Source: Stylophora pistillata
Lineage: Eukaryota
Length of the DNA stretch: 64,000 bases
Assembly (NCBI RefSeq): GCF_002571385.2
Contig: NW_019217867.1
Location: 297,739-361,738, forward strand
Direction: 5' to 3'
The position numbers and the translations under genes are program-made. The stretch's first letter is position 1. The number at the start of each line of letters is the position of its first letter. Below, piece by piece: positions 43,706-56,062 of this stretch. The notes beneath the pieces were generated by a model. That model was not told where the DNA came from. It saw only the letters and a program-made list of their open reading frames with translations, and did not search any database.

Positions 43706-46700
43706 ATGGCCAGTGACGAAAAGATTCTCGACGAGTTACACTTCCTTTCCTGGAAAATCGACACGTTAGAAAGGAAACTTGAATCAAGTATGTCTATACA
43801 AAGGGACTTAACTGTTAGCTTACTCCAGGAAGACAGTTCATTCGCCGGTTCAGTATCACCGTTCAAGAAATTTGAGCGGAGAAAATTTTCCGGCTCAAGT
43901 TGTTCAGAAGCGGTGTCCAGCGACGATGAACATAACAGTTCACACCTGGATGGCACAAACTTTTCGGTTCCAGAAAAGGAACCCGAACGCAGCACTTCAT
44001 ATCTTATCATACCCGTCGGCCGCTACAAAGACAATGACTCTTGTTCAATTTCAACGGAAAAACAAACTTTCAGATGGTCAGAAATGGATGACAATGCTTG
44101 TAAATATTTCACCTCTGACGACGCGCTGAACGGTGACAAAGACGGTGACTCAAAGGGAAAATTAGATGTAAACGCGAGGGATTTGAATGCTTGTGATACC
44201 CCAAAATCGTTTGCAAATCAGGTAACACCGCCACCGAGCCAAAGCAGATTTGATACAAGCGGAAAACAAATGTGTACTCAGTGGAATGTACGTGTTTCCG
44301 AGATAATTCCTTCAGGAAACTGTTTACTTAGCTCAAGAGGATCACATTCCATTGCCGACGATCAATTTGAAGATCAACTTAATGTAGGGAGCGCTTTTGA
44401 CATTAACTACGATGAGGAGGAGAACTTAGACTTACCAAATGGCAACTCAAGCTCTTAATATGGCCTTACGATTGGCATGACAACGGCAAAAGGGTTACCT
44501 CAAGGTGTTAGCTCTAATCATTTAGACTCAAAACAAGATGTTGATGAACAGAATTATCTACAATTTTACAATTCAGAGAAATTTAAAAGCAACTTTTCAA
44601 CGGGCGAAGTTGAGGAGAAGAGGGCTGAAGTGCAGCAATTGAGGCCTTTGTTCGAAGAATCAACAACTCAATCAAGTCATTCTTCCAATGAGACAACATT
44701 TGATCAGATTTACAATCACCCTCCAGAGTCAACTGACTGTAACAAAGTAAATTACAAACAGAGCTCGTTTGATTTTACTTCTGAAATCGATGTTTGCAAC
44801 CCGGAGAAGGAAAGTAATCCTTCTTTTAACGTGATTTGCATTGATTCAGAGTCATCTGAGGTCGATGATAGAAACTGCGATTTTGTTGACGTTGTGCGAC
44901 GAGCTTCTTTGTCTTGTCAGGAGAATCTTGACACATCAAATGCAAATTGGGTCGAAGGATTTGAGCAGCCATCATCGGCAAACATCGATCCAGAAAAGAA
45001 GCAAGCAATGCCAGTTTATTCCCTACCTGTGAAAAACAAAAATTCCGAAATGGATGTTTATTTACCTCAACAAATGGAGCCATTATCGAACGGAAACCGC
45101 CGACTTCAACAAGGCAAATTAAATTGCAACGCTACTGCGAGTAATAAGGTGATTGAAATGCAAATAGGTGGCTCTCCAGATGAACAAAGACACGAGCATT
45201 CTTATTGTGCTCGAAAACCATTTGAAGTTGAGACTCTTTTAACAAACAATGGAGCCAATAAACAAAACGACAGCACGAGAAGTAGTACACACAACCAAGG
45301 CATCCCGAGAAATGTCAACAACTACGGCGACAGTTCAAGGGAGGCGCTGAAAAGAGTAAACAGAACAAAGCCCTCGCAGCGAGCGGTTGATGGCCTTATT
45401 TCACAGTTTGAGGACCAAGCTTATTGCATTGTCGGATATAGCAATGATTACAAATTAATTAACACTGATAGCATTAGAAGGACCGCTGTGCACAAACCAA
45501 AGACCAAAATCTACCCAGTACCCCCTAGTTATGAACAAGTTATTGAAGAACGTGTCCGTATTCTAACGCGAGGACCACGCGCGCATTTAGGACAAGAATT
45601 GTTCCAGAACTACCTCCAGACAGAAGGAAAGTCATATGTTGATGGCACACAAACGAAATTTCGTTTCGGTTCAGAAAGCAGATCTTCTGAGCCGTCAATG
45701 TCAGCTATAAGTGACGACGTGTTTTTTGACTCCGCACCAGATCCAATTTCGGTCAACCAAACGTCATCCAAAAACCATTCAGCAACCTACGATGTATCAG
45801 AATCAGACAGCTGCTTCTCTTCTATTACAAGTGTCAGTTCCACCAACGAAGGAATCTACCCCTGGAAAATCCGCAATGACTCGCTCTCTCGTGATCATGA
45901 ACATGATAAGAAAATAATTTCTCGACAGCCTCAAGATTCCTTAAGCATCACAAAACAGTTATCTTCCACCAGGTCGTACCAGAGGGATAGTGACTCTTCA
46001 TCAGACAGCGAGTCCTGTGTGCGTGGTTTCAAGCTCTCTCCGTTATCACGCTCTCTTCGTGCTCAGTCTCTCCAAGAGGAGCTCGTACAACGTATTGTTC
46101 CTCCGAGAGAATTCATCCGAGGCCACGATAGGGTTTCATCACCAACCTCAAGTTTAGACACAAGTGAGCTCTCTATGAATGACAGTGTCTGTGGATGCTT
46201 GTATCAGTGCGAGTGTCAAACAGGAATTCCTTCGGCTGAAGACTTCAGGGACGAATTAAAAGCTATTTCTACTTGTGTCTTGAAGGCGCGCATCGAGTCT
46301 GCATCTCTGTACAAAAAGCCCCCGGTGAAATACTTCCTAGATGAAGAGCAAGGAGAAATGGATATTTTCCATGGTCGTCTTCAAAAGAAAGAAAGTAAAA
46401 ATGTTCCAGTGTTGGTGAGAGTTATTCTTAGGCTTCGAAAGCACTTTTTTGGTACATTGGAATCAAAATCTGCCCATGATAACAAAACTCGAAGCGATGC
46501 TAATAACAATGAATTCAACCCAGTGGGAAAAATCGGAGACCAAACATCGGGAAGGAAGCAGCGAGACCGTAAAATTACCTTTTCTCCTTCTGCTATGCTC
46601 CTTAGCGCAATTGGAGAGAATTCAGCCGCTGAAGTGAAAGAAGTCATCGAAAGGGAGAGAATAGATGTCAATCAGCTTAGTCCAAGTGGTCGCTCGTTAT

Positions 46701-46960
46701 TGCACAAAGCGGCAGCAGCCGGAGATCTTGAAAGCATTCATACACTCATCCAGTATGGCGCCATGGTGAATATCATAGACCAAGATGGCTTTCCACCCAT
46801 TCATTCGGCACTCAAAAAAGCTCACTTCAAATGTGCCATTCTACTTATTGAATACGGCACTGACGTTACACGGTACACAACAGAACGCATCCGGGAATTC
46901 TTAGAAATTAAGGAAATGTCATTAGGACACTTGCCGGTTCTTCTTAAAACAACTTTGTGA
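43706..46960 (+). CDS. Second PPP1R27-like gene (~1,080 codons: N-terminal coiled-coil-like segment, Ser-rich disorder, PPSY motif, KITF motif plus ankyrin repeats), with an internal TAA at 44456-44458
   Basis: ORFs 43667-44458 and 44477-46960 share one frame and are separated by a single TAA; RKITFSPSAMLLSAI..SGRSLLHKAA..GFPPIHSAL. Confidence 0.8.
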
Positions 46961-48002
46961 CTTTGTGACTTTACTAGTTAAAGCCAAGATTAGACTCGAA
47001 TGCTTTACTCGACTAACAGCAGCCATAAATTTACAAACTGCAAATTTAACGGTCTGCTTGATGAAATTAATTATGCGTTAGTCAGTTATGAATCTGATTT
47101 ATTACAGTTGGCTTTAGTTGAGCAATTAAGTGTTTGCGCTTTTTGGAAATAAGTTTTCTCTATTGAAAAAAGGAATTTTCATTGGGCATAGATCACAAAC
47201 ATGAATAACGAAATAAAAATGGAAAAATATTACGAAAACTGAAGATAAAAAATCGAATTATACTCTCAGAAGAGTTCGAAATCGCGCCATCATCATAAGT
47301 TGTAGGCGAAAAAAAGCGCTTTACCAAGCATCACAGGAGTCAAAAATAGCTTGACGACATGACATATAATCCCACATCTGTCAGCAACGTACCTTCTGAC
47401 AAGCGCTGGTTGGCTTGTTTTCATGGGATTTCAAGTTTCTCATTCTGTTGCTTTAGCTGTGCCTTTCTCCAAATCAGGCTCTTTTCTAAATTTCCATGGC
47501 TTTGACGACCATTTCATCAAACTTTGTGTCTCGAAAACTTTGTGTCAGTATTTGAAGAACTACAGAATCTGAACCCTTCCCTAACCCATAGTTAACCTAC
47601 ATGTAACTTGTTATCAGTTGACTGTTGTTTGGTCGGGGAGGGGTAGATGCGCAATTGCTCAGCGATACTGAATTTGATGCGCAGCATATAAAAGCTTGGT
47701 AACCACTTGCGATGCATTCAACATGGGTATTTCAATTTCGATAAGAAAATGCTGCGGCGACTTAGTTTTGAGAAATCGCTGCAAATTAGTAGGCATAACC
47801 TACTTGACGTTGTCTATCGAATGAACCATTCAAATAAAAATGTAGTCATTATCTGCCTCGATTAATTTCGTTCAAGAAATTCCCTTTTTTCATAGAAGTA
47901 ATTCAAACCTGTTGTAGGGGAATTTAACTGAGGTAACGAAAGCTATGCATGTTTATACTGTTGGTAAGGCGTCCCATTTGGATTCAATCTCAACACAATT
48001 AG

Positions 48003-49360
48003 TTTAGTAAGTGATTTTAGTTAACCAGGGTAACCCATTAAGAAACGAGGCTGGTATCCATAGGGGCCATGGGGAATAAAGATATGTACAATTTAAAAAT
48101 TTTAAATTGGAGTAAAAGTTAGAAAAACTCTAAAGAACATTTAAAAGGCTAAATTATACAAATATGATAAAATGTTTATAGATTTCATGAGGACAAAATT
48201 ACAAATAAAAATGTTAAATCTTCAAACTTTTAAAGTAACTCATGGAGGGGGGCACTCTTAATACAAGCTGTTAAAATAGATTTTTCCTGCTTACTTAAAA
48301 GTTCTCTTTCCCATATTGTGTTTCGACTTTGGTGGGTGCAGGTCGTTTCTTCTTCGAATCGCATGATCATGAAAAGCCTTATTGCTTGTAAAAGACTGAG
48401 TAAGATATTTTGGAACCAAACTATTTAAGCACTTAATTAAAACTAAAATACATTCATGCAGTGTCCTTCTCTAGCCTAAACTTAACCAGTTAAGCACGCG
48501 GAGAGTGTCTTTTGAAGTATTCCTTCGAAGAATAATTCGAGCCGCACGGTTTTGAAAAATTTCACCCATCAGCATAGTCAAATAACGGCTGCACGAGCGA
48601 AGTATGTACCTTTTTAGAGGCTTCCAGTGTGAGACATGATCGTATACGAGTCAGAAACCCAAGTCGACTGTTGGCTTTGCTACTCACATACTCGACGTGA
48701 TCTTTCCAAGAAAGTGTTCCGTTCAACACAACACCCTAATAGTTAGATTTGGCTACCCTTTCTAAGACCTTTCCGTGTAGCTGAATAGAAAAGTTAGGCG
48801 ATTTGCAAAGACTTCGAAAGAGCATTTATTTTGGTTTACTCTGATTTAAAATAAGCTTGTTACTTTCCGTCCATTGCGCTACTCGATTTAAATCATCCTG
48901 TACTACCTTATTCATCTTCAAAGTACAGGGACTTGTAGAGTATAATACAGTGTCATCTGCATACATATTAAGAAAACAGTTTTATAAGCACTGGGGCAGG
49001 TCATTTATGTATAAAACAAAAAGAGGCCCTAGAATTGAGCCCTGCGGAACACCAAATTGGATGGCTTAATTAGCTGGAGGACAATTCCTTTCCAAAATGT
49101 ACCCAAAGTGTTCGTGTCATAAGATAGCCTAACAACCAATCCAGGGTATTTCCTCTGACTCCGTAGTGTTCTAGTCTGTAGAATAAACATTCATGGTCTA
49201 CTAAGTCAAAAGCTTTTTTCAAGTCAATAAACACAGCGCCAGTGGCTATTTGTCCATCCACGGGATCCAAAATATGATCGGTGAGATAAGCCACTGCAGT
49301 TTCCGTGGAGTGTTTCTTGCGGAAACCTGATTGGTGGATTGACAGTAAATCATGCATAGT
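48003..49360 (-). mobile_element. 5'-truncated CR1/L2-group LINE (RT domain and 3' end), decayed
   Basis: HQSGFRKKHSTETA..AVFIDLKKAFDLVDH..GVPQGSILGPL..YINDLP..MYADDT with stops and frameshifts. Confidence 0.9.
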
Positions 49361-49539
49361 TAAAAGAGCGAAGAATTGAGGTGACGATCACTTCATTTGA
49401 CGAAAATCGTAGAAAAAAAGCTGCGATATTCTAGTGTTTACCTTTACTTAGACGTTCCTACTGATAGTCTTGACAGCAGCAAGAAAAAGGAAAAAAATAT
49501 AAAGTTAACGAATGTCTTCGAATCCATGAACCATCTTGA

Positions 49540-49900
49540 ATCATTGTTAAATAAAAGCAAACGGAATCAGTTCACTTGCCTCCCCTTTGGTCTGGCTCCA
49601 GTCCCTATTTTATTCGTAAAGCTGCCACCACCAATCGAGTCTTGGTAGAAGATATAATTGTGCTCAATCCGACTCCGAGAAAAGAAGGACACAACCCTTT
49701 GTAGTTGCAATCTATGGAATACCCGGGCCTTGTGATAAATTCTTTGGAAATGTGCTTTGGCAGAAGACTACCTCAGTGACAAACCCAGCCAAAATCATTG
49801 GAAAACTGGCTTCAAGTTCATCAGTTCAGAAAATTCTCCCAACACCTCTGCATTGCTACACTCACAAATGTGCATATCAAAGAACGAATAGCAGGGATGA
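49540..49900 (+). mobile_element. Decayed DIRS-like retrotransposon RT fragment
   Basis: QFTCLPFGLAPVPILFVKL and QSMEYPGLVINS resemble DIRS RT motifs (FxxLPFGLxxAPxxFTK and YLG). Confidence 0.55.
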
Positions 49901-51486
49901 AGTTTAAACATCATTGATGCTTCTTTGAGAAATAAAATTTGATTTTTATGGGCTGGAGAGGTACTGTATTAAGCAATGGGCTTATTTCTCGACTTCCCTT
50001 ACATTTAGTCTCTGTTTGTATAGATATTTTCCCTTGGTGATAATTAAACCTATATAACCACTGACTTATTAGGAAGAACACAAGGTGAAATTCTCAACAT
50101 TGTCAACCCTGACGAGGGCTCTTACGAAGCAACGAGAGGTTTACATTAGCAACGACAGGTTTACATTAGCTCGTGTTCATTTGTGCGATGGCCATGTTTG
50201 ATTAAGAGTTAGAGTGGATAGTAGGGGGAGGGGTAGGGAAAGGCGGAAAGACTACTTCTTTTCTATTACCGTACCACCTCCTCCTCCCTCCTACCTTTTG
50301 ATTGTCGTTCGCTCACCACCATTGTACAAATTTAACTTTTTCTCCCTAACCTTCCTCTGCTGTTAAAATGAAATATGGCGGCTGTTGAATAACATTCCAA
50401 CGATCAGCTGCGAAAGAAACTATTGAGGATACCTGATGGTATATACTCTTTGCCAAATATTATCATAGGTTTACTACTGGCTACTTCAGATGTTTGATTG
50501 ATTTCTCTTCAAATGGTCGAAATCAATCAATATCCACAGAGAAGCCCTCCCTCTGTGAGAAGTATGATCACGTTGAAACACGAGTTTAATAATTAACACA
50601 GTTCAGTGGTGAACGAATTGATTTAAGTAGTTTAGCTTTTAATGCAGATGAGGTATAAAGGATTATAAAGTTAGTTAGTTCATCGAAAGAGGAATAAAAA
50701 GCTAACTTCCACGAACACTCTCAGCTAGGTAGATCTTTTAGAATGGACTCAATTAGGGATTGCGCGCGCATTCCAACGAGGATGATGTTTATTTCAAACC
50801 ACACTTAGTATATGACTATACCCTTATGCGAGTGGGTTAAATATGCATAAACACTCACGTTTAGTAAAGCAAAATTTGCCCAAAGCTATGCTGGAAGGTA
50901 GAGTTGTCATTGCTAAAATATAAAAACTTGCAGAAAAAACAATGAACTTTGTAGGGCCTCTTCGAAAACGTGATCCAATTTACATGATATCTAGATGACG
51001 GCCTGACAAGTATGATTGATTGCGTGTATAGTTTGAAGTGTGATATTTTAAATGAAGTGACAATTTTTTTTTAATCGTTAGAAACAGGTTAGGATTTATG
51101 ATAATAGTTTCTTTTTTTCAATTCAACGCTTTAAACATGGTAAGCGTTAAAGATGAAACTCCTGGGTTGATAAAAATTGATGACGATGCTACAATTTCGC
51201 CAAACGAGATCAATGTTTGCAGCTAATGAAAAAATTTCACGATATGAGAAATTTGTAGGAGTTTGCCTTTACAAGAGTCGAAATAACTATTCAAAACCCC
51301 TCTTACGTATCGTTGAGTCGAAACTAATAGCTGGTCCCAAATATAGTTCTAAAATTAAAACGAGCTGATTTTTTCCCTTTGACTGTTACATTTACTCCAA
51401 TTTTTTTTGGAAAGCGATAGACTATGAACATAATTTTTTCAAAGTAAATGGAGACTTCTGAAGAGAGTTAAAAATAGAGACAAATT

Positions 51487-52700
51487 GGAGCAAATTTTGA
51501 CTGTTCAATGTGGGGTAAACCGACCCTCGAACGTTGACATCACTTGTTATCACAATCGCTTATATCCCTACTTTTGTTTTATGAATGAATTCAAGAAGGA
51601 TACACGTCACCCGGCTTTATAAAAATATCAAGAGATGTTGAGAAATCTATAAATCAACTCCTTCAATCCACCATGTTAGCGGGTGATATGTGAAACGGAG
51701 CCGGCTTTCTGGATTTTTATGACGCAAAAGTGCCTGGAAATTTTCACTGTGTTCTTTTCATGGTTTGGATCCTAAACGAAGATTTTATTCCAAATTTCGG
51801 TCAAATGGGTGCGAAGTGGCCGAGATATACTGAAATAGGTTAAATCTTACAGACTATTTCTCATTAATATGACATAAAATTTAAAAAAAAATTTAATTGG
51901 AAGCAGACAAATTGGTCCAGTCACTGACCCGCCGGATGGCAATTGGCTGAATACACCAGTTCTACCTGGTTCGATTCATTTCGCCTCAGGACAAAACCCA
52001 ACGTCACATGCCAATCATGTGAGTACAGCAGCTCGTCATTCCGATTCAAAAATTTGGGCTTGTTCACACCTCTTACCTCTTACCTCTACATGGTTTTTCT
52101 GAGATTACACTGCAATAGCATTGTATTTTTCCATCGTGGTGAAAACAACTAATTTGTTTTCATACAAGTAAATTGCGTCTTTCAAGTGCTCACGTGATAT
52201 TTTAATCATGCAGACACATTGCTGGTAGCATTTTTGGATCCATGGATCCCTTCGTTCAAGAAACAAACCCTCAGAAAACCTGTTTAACAGCGAATAAACA
52301 AATCATGATACAAAAGAAAAAAACTCTTTACGCAGTATATGATGTTAGATCTACCTGATTTGCACTTGTGGTGAGAGACACCATTTTTATTGTCTGTTCT
52401 TCGTTTTGTTCATTCCAGTCGACCAATGATACGATGCAAAGGTCAAAATTTATCATGATAGTCAAACTAATTTGCCCTAACGGTCATAATCTCAGATAAC
52501 ATACGATAATGGGCATTTTAAGGGCATTAATTACAAATAGATGTCTGTTTTTTGGGGGTACAACAGAACGCCGCTCTGATTGGCCCAAGTTGGAGTGAAT
52601 TCATACAAAAGTATTGGTTGATTTATAGAGTTTCGCTGAAACACTTGCAGTTCAGTCATCTGCGCTGCTCGGTCAGGTCAGGCAAGATACCTTGGTGAGT
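51487..52700 (+). promoter_or_regulatory. Promoter-like block, copy 1, with a putative non-coding first exon
   Basis: Colinear diverged duplicate of 53480-54369; ends in TCAGTCATCT (initiator-like) and donor TTG|GTGAGT at 52694/52695. Confidence 0.45.
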
Positions 52701-53479
52701 AAAGTTTGAATCATTGAATCTTTAACTAACGTAAGCGACCTACATTGCGAGCCGAGCACTTCGTCAAGTGTTAATGTGTATCACTGATCCTTTTCGCAGT
52801 AGAAAGAACATACTGAAAAACCGAAAAATCAGGGCGATTTGATGTAAGAGCTACTATCATTATCAAGAATCATTATTGTTTTTAGTTAGAATTATAAGTC
52901 ATGATCAAAATTATAGATTGGCTTAATTGCTACAATCTTTGATTCCACCTTCGTCGGTGCAGTGGGCTCATTTGCTGTAATGAAATTGTTCACGCTGTCT
53001 GAGTACATAACATCTCGTAGGAAAAGTAGTCAATATGAGAATACGTGGAGGTTTTCGAAAGTGGATGATGATTTGTTTAATCAGAGGCAGACCATCCTGC
53101 AAGTGCGTCGTGGGAAAAATCTAAGGGAATGTTACGATTAATGCAGTAAATTAAATGATTTTCAACACGTCGCGTTCTGGAAACCTTTACCAGACGAAAA
53201 AAGAGGCTTTTTTGCCTCCCCGAGCAGTTTAAAAGGCGTGTTTTCCTAACCACTCCCGACTTTTAGCTTTTGACGCAATGGACTTAGAGTGGGCTCCTTA
53301 CTGGGCACCGCTTCACAAGCTACATAACATGTGAAATTCGAGGCGGATAGCGAAGTAAGCATGCCAAAGGCCTATGAGAGGCCAAGCAGCTTCATTTAAG
53401 TTAGACATTTAAATTCTTAAGCAAAGAACTTCTATAAAGACCGAAAAGTTAGGGTATCAGTTAATATTGGAGGTGAGCT

Positions 53480-54550
53480 GGGGCAAATTTTGACTGTTCA
53501 AGGCTGGGTAAAGCATCCTTCGAACGTTGACTTTACTTGGTAACAAAATCAAACATTTCCCTTCTTTTTATTTATGAATGAAAATAAGAAGAGTACACCC
53601 TTATAGAATTTCAAGAGGTGTTGCATAAAATTTCGATTAATACCTTCAATCCACCATGTTAACGGGTGATAAATCACACTGCGCCATCTTTCTGAATTTT
53701 TACTTAGCAATACACCCTGTGCAACATGGCATTGTTGCAGGCAAAAAAACGATGAAACAATGAAGAGATCTCAAAGGCAGATTTCACACAAACAGTATAA
53801 AATTTGAATTAGTAATAAGGTTGTGTTAATTAATCATTGTAAAAAAAACTAATTTGATTTCACAAGTGACAATCGAATCTTTCGAGTGCTCACGTAATAT
53901 TTCGTCCTGCAGACAGTGATGATATCATCGCTGGAAGCATGGATCCCTTTACTCAAGAAACAAAACAGCAGGAAACCTGTTCAACAGCGTATTAATAAAT
54001 CGTGATACAAAAAATATCTCTTTATAATAACTGTTATGTTAAGTTATTCCATGTGCTTGCGGCGAGAGATGGCGCCATTTTCATCGTCTGTTCTGTGTTA
54101 TGTACACTTAGTCGACTAATGATATGCAGCAAAGGTCAAGACTACCTTTCATAATCACACTAATTTGCACTACCTGTCATAAAATCAGATAAAAGTACAA
54201 TAATGGGCATTACTTGCCAAAAGATTGTTGTTTTGTGGGTTTTTTTTTTTTCGGATATACAACAGACCTCACTGTCTCGCCCCAATGGAGGTGAATTCAT
54301 CGAATAGTATTGTTTGATTTATAGAGTCTCAAAAACTTGCAGGTCAGTCATCTCTGCTGCTGAGTCAGGCTTTTAATGTCTTCAAGGGGTAAAAAAGAGC
54401 TTACTTCAGCTTTCGGAAGGACAATGCAGCTCTCTCTCCTAATTTGCTTAAGTTACTTTCATTTCTGTTAGTCACAACTGAGATAGCGCGGTGTACGAGA
54501 CTCAAAAAAATGGCGAGTGAGGCCAGTTCAGACGGAAGATCCAGGTAATC
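53480..54550 (+). promoter_or_regulatory. Promoter-like block, copy 2, with a putative non-coding first exon
   Basis: Shares many blocks with copy 1; candidate donor CAG|GTAATC at 54544/54545. Confidence 0.45.
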
Positions 54551-54799
54551 ACGTCCAGCGTGCCCACCATACATTTCGATGAAATTCCTCAGTGCATAGA
54601 CTCAGTTCACGGGAGCGTTGTTGTTTGGAAAACATCACCGAAGCGATCTTTGTCTCAATCATATTTTTTTTTCTATGCACACTCAATAATCCATCTGTAG
54701 TGCCGTTTTACCGACAAAAGTTAAATGTAAAAAGGTCATATTTTGATGGTTATCTTCACTTACCGAAATATGAAAAGTTCACAATGAATAATTAATAAT

Positions 54800-55070
54800 T
54801 GGTTCACACCACACCGTACACTATTGAGTTATGGATGCACGCGGGAGGTTGCTACGCACGAAAGAAGCGTAAGTGTCGCCAGAGACGATAGCCGAGAGCA
54901 ACTCTAGCTTCTCGAGCGTTTAGTCAACCTCCCAGGTGCATTCACAGCAGGCAATTTCTTGCGAAACATTTGCTTATCTGGAAAAATTTGCTCATGTCAG
55001 CAGCGTACACCCATGGGCAAATAGTAGACACTGAATTGACCAATCAGAGCACGCACTTTTGAGTTGGGTT
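54800..55070. repeat. Hairpin-type interspersed repeat, partial copy
   Basis: Similar to 58845-59225, including TTTGCTCA.GTCAGCAGCGTACACCCATGGGCAAAT and TGAATTGACCAATCAGAG. Confidence 0.7.
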
Positions 55071-56062
55071 TTGAGTTAGGCGGGAATCGAACACATGTCG
55101 CTTAAAGTGACAACCAGACGACAAGATCGAAGTAACAAGTGCACATTCCACAAATGATCGAATAAAAATTACTAAAAAAGGCTAACTTTTATCCTAGTTC
55201 TAGGTACCTTCCGAGGGTTGTGACGCTATTAAAACTTGAGTCGCACAACCGCTCCACCGCACAAACTCACGGTTTTCCGCATACTTCCTCAAAATTAGCA
55301 ATCTTCCATAACACTTCTCTCTGTTAGTATGGCTTTCCAAACAGTTGGTCGCTCCCGACAACAGCAACTACTTACTGTTTATCACTACAGAAGATGGCAA
55401 TACTCAAGGAGACGAACGACAGTGAACGAAGCCATGCTTTTAATAATATGACTCCTGAGGGATTCTGGGGAAGCACCAAAAACTACTTCATCTAACACTT
55501 ACTACTACACGACAGACCTTGTAGAAATTTTTAAGGTATTCCAGAACACTCCAGAAGCTTTCAATACAGCTATCTTGGTAATGTAAAATCATAACAATAA
55601 AACCTAACGAAATGTTCCAGAAAGTTCCATGAAAAGTTCATGTATGCAACTCAGCAGGACTACATAGGCATTCTAGAAATTTCTATTTGATTTTGTTTTC
55701 TGTTTGTCCCTCGAGATGCTATAGCTATAGTAATTTTTTAGCTACCCGGTTTGAAATGGTGCATCAAAATGAAGTGCTACTATTAATATAAAAAATGAAC
55801 GAAGGGGTAAGAATCTAAAGAAACTGTAGTGATACGTTGGTAGGGGAGTTACACAAGATGATTTGGTTTTATCAACTGAGTTTACAATGTAAATTGCCCA
55901 CTGTAAAGAGTTTCAAAGTAACTTTGAAACTCTTTGCGATGGCAAACTCAGTTGATAAAACCAAGTTAACATATTACCATTACATCGTTCCCTGTCTTTC
56001 TGTCTCTTATTATCATTATTTTTTATTCCTTTTTTAGACTGTTGGTATTTGCGGGTGTGAAT

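Noticed and set aside
50108-50135. CTGACGAGGGC hammerhead-like start
   Set aside because: It lacks the closing stem II and the GAAA core
36904-56037. Ankyrin genes nested in a giant intron of the discoidin gene
   Set aside because: No further discoidin exons were seen downstream, and a plausible terminal exon exists at 36746-36903
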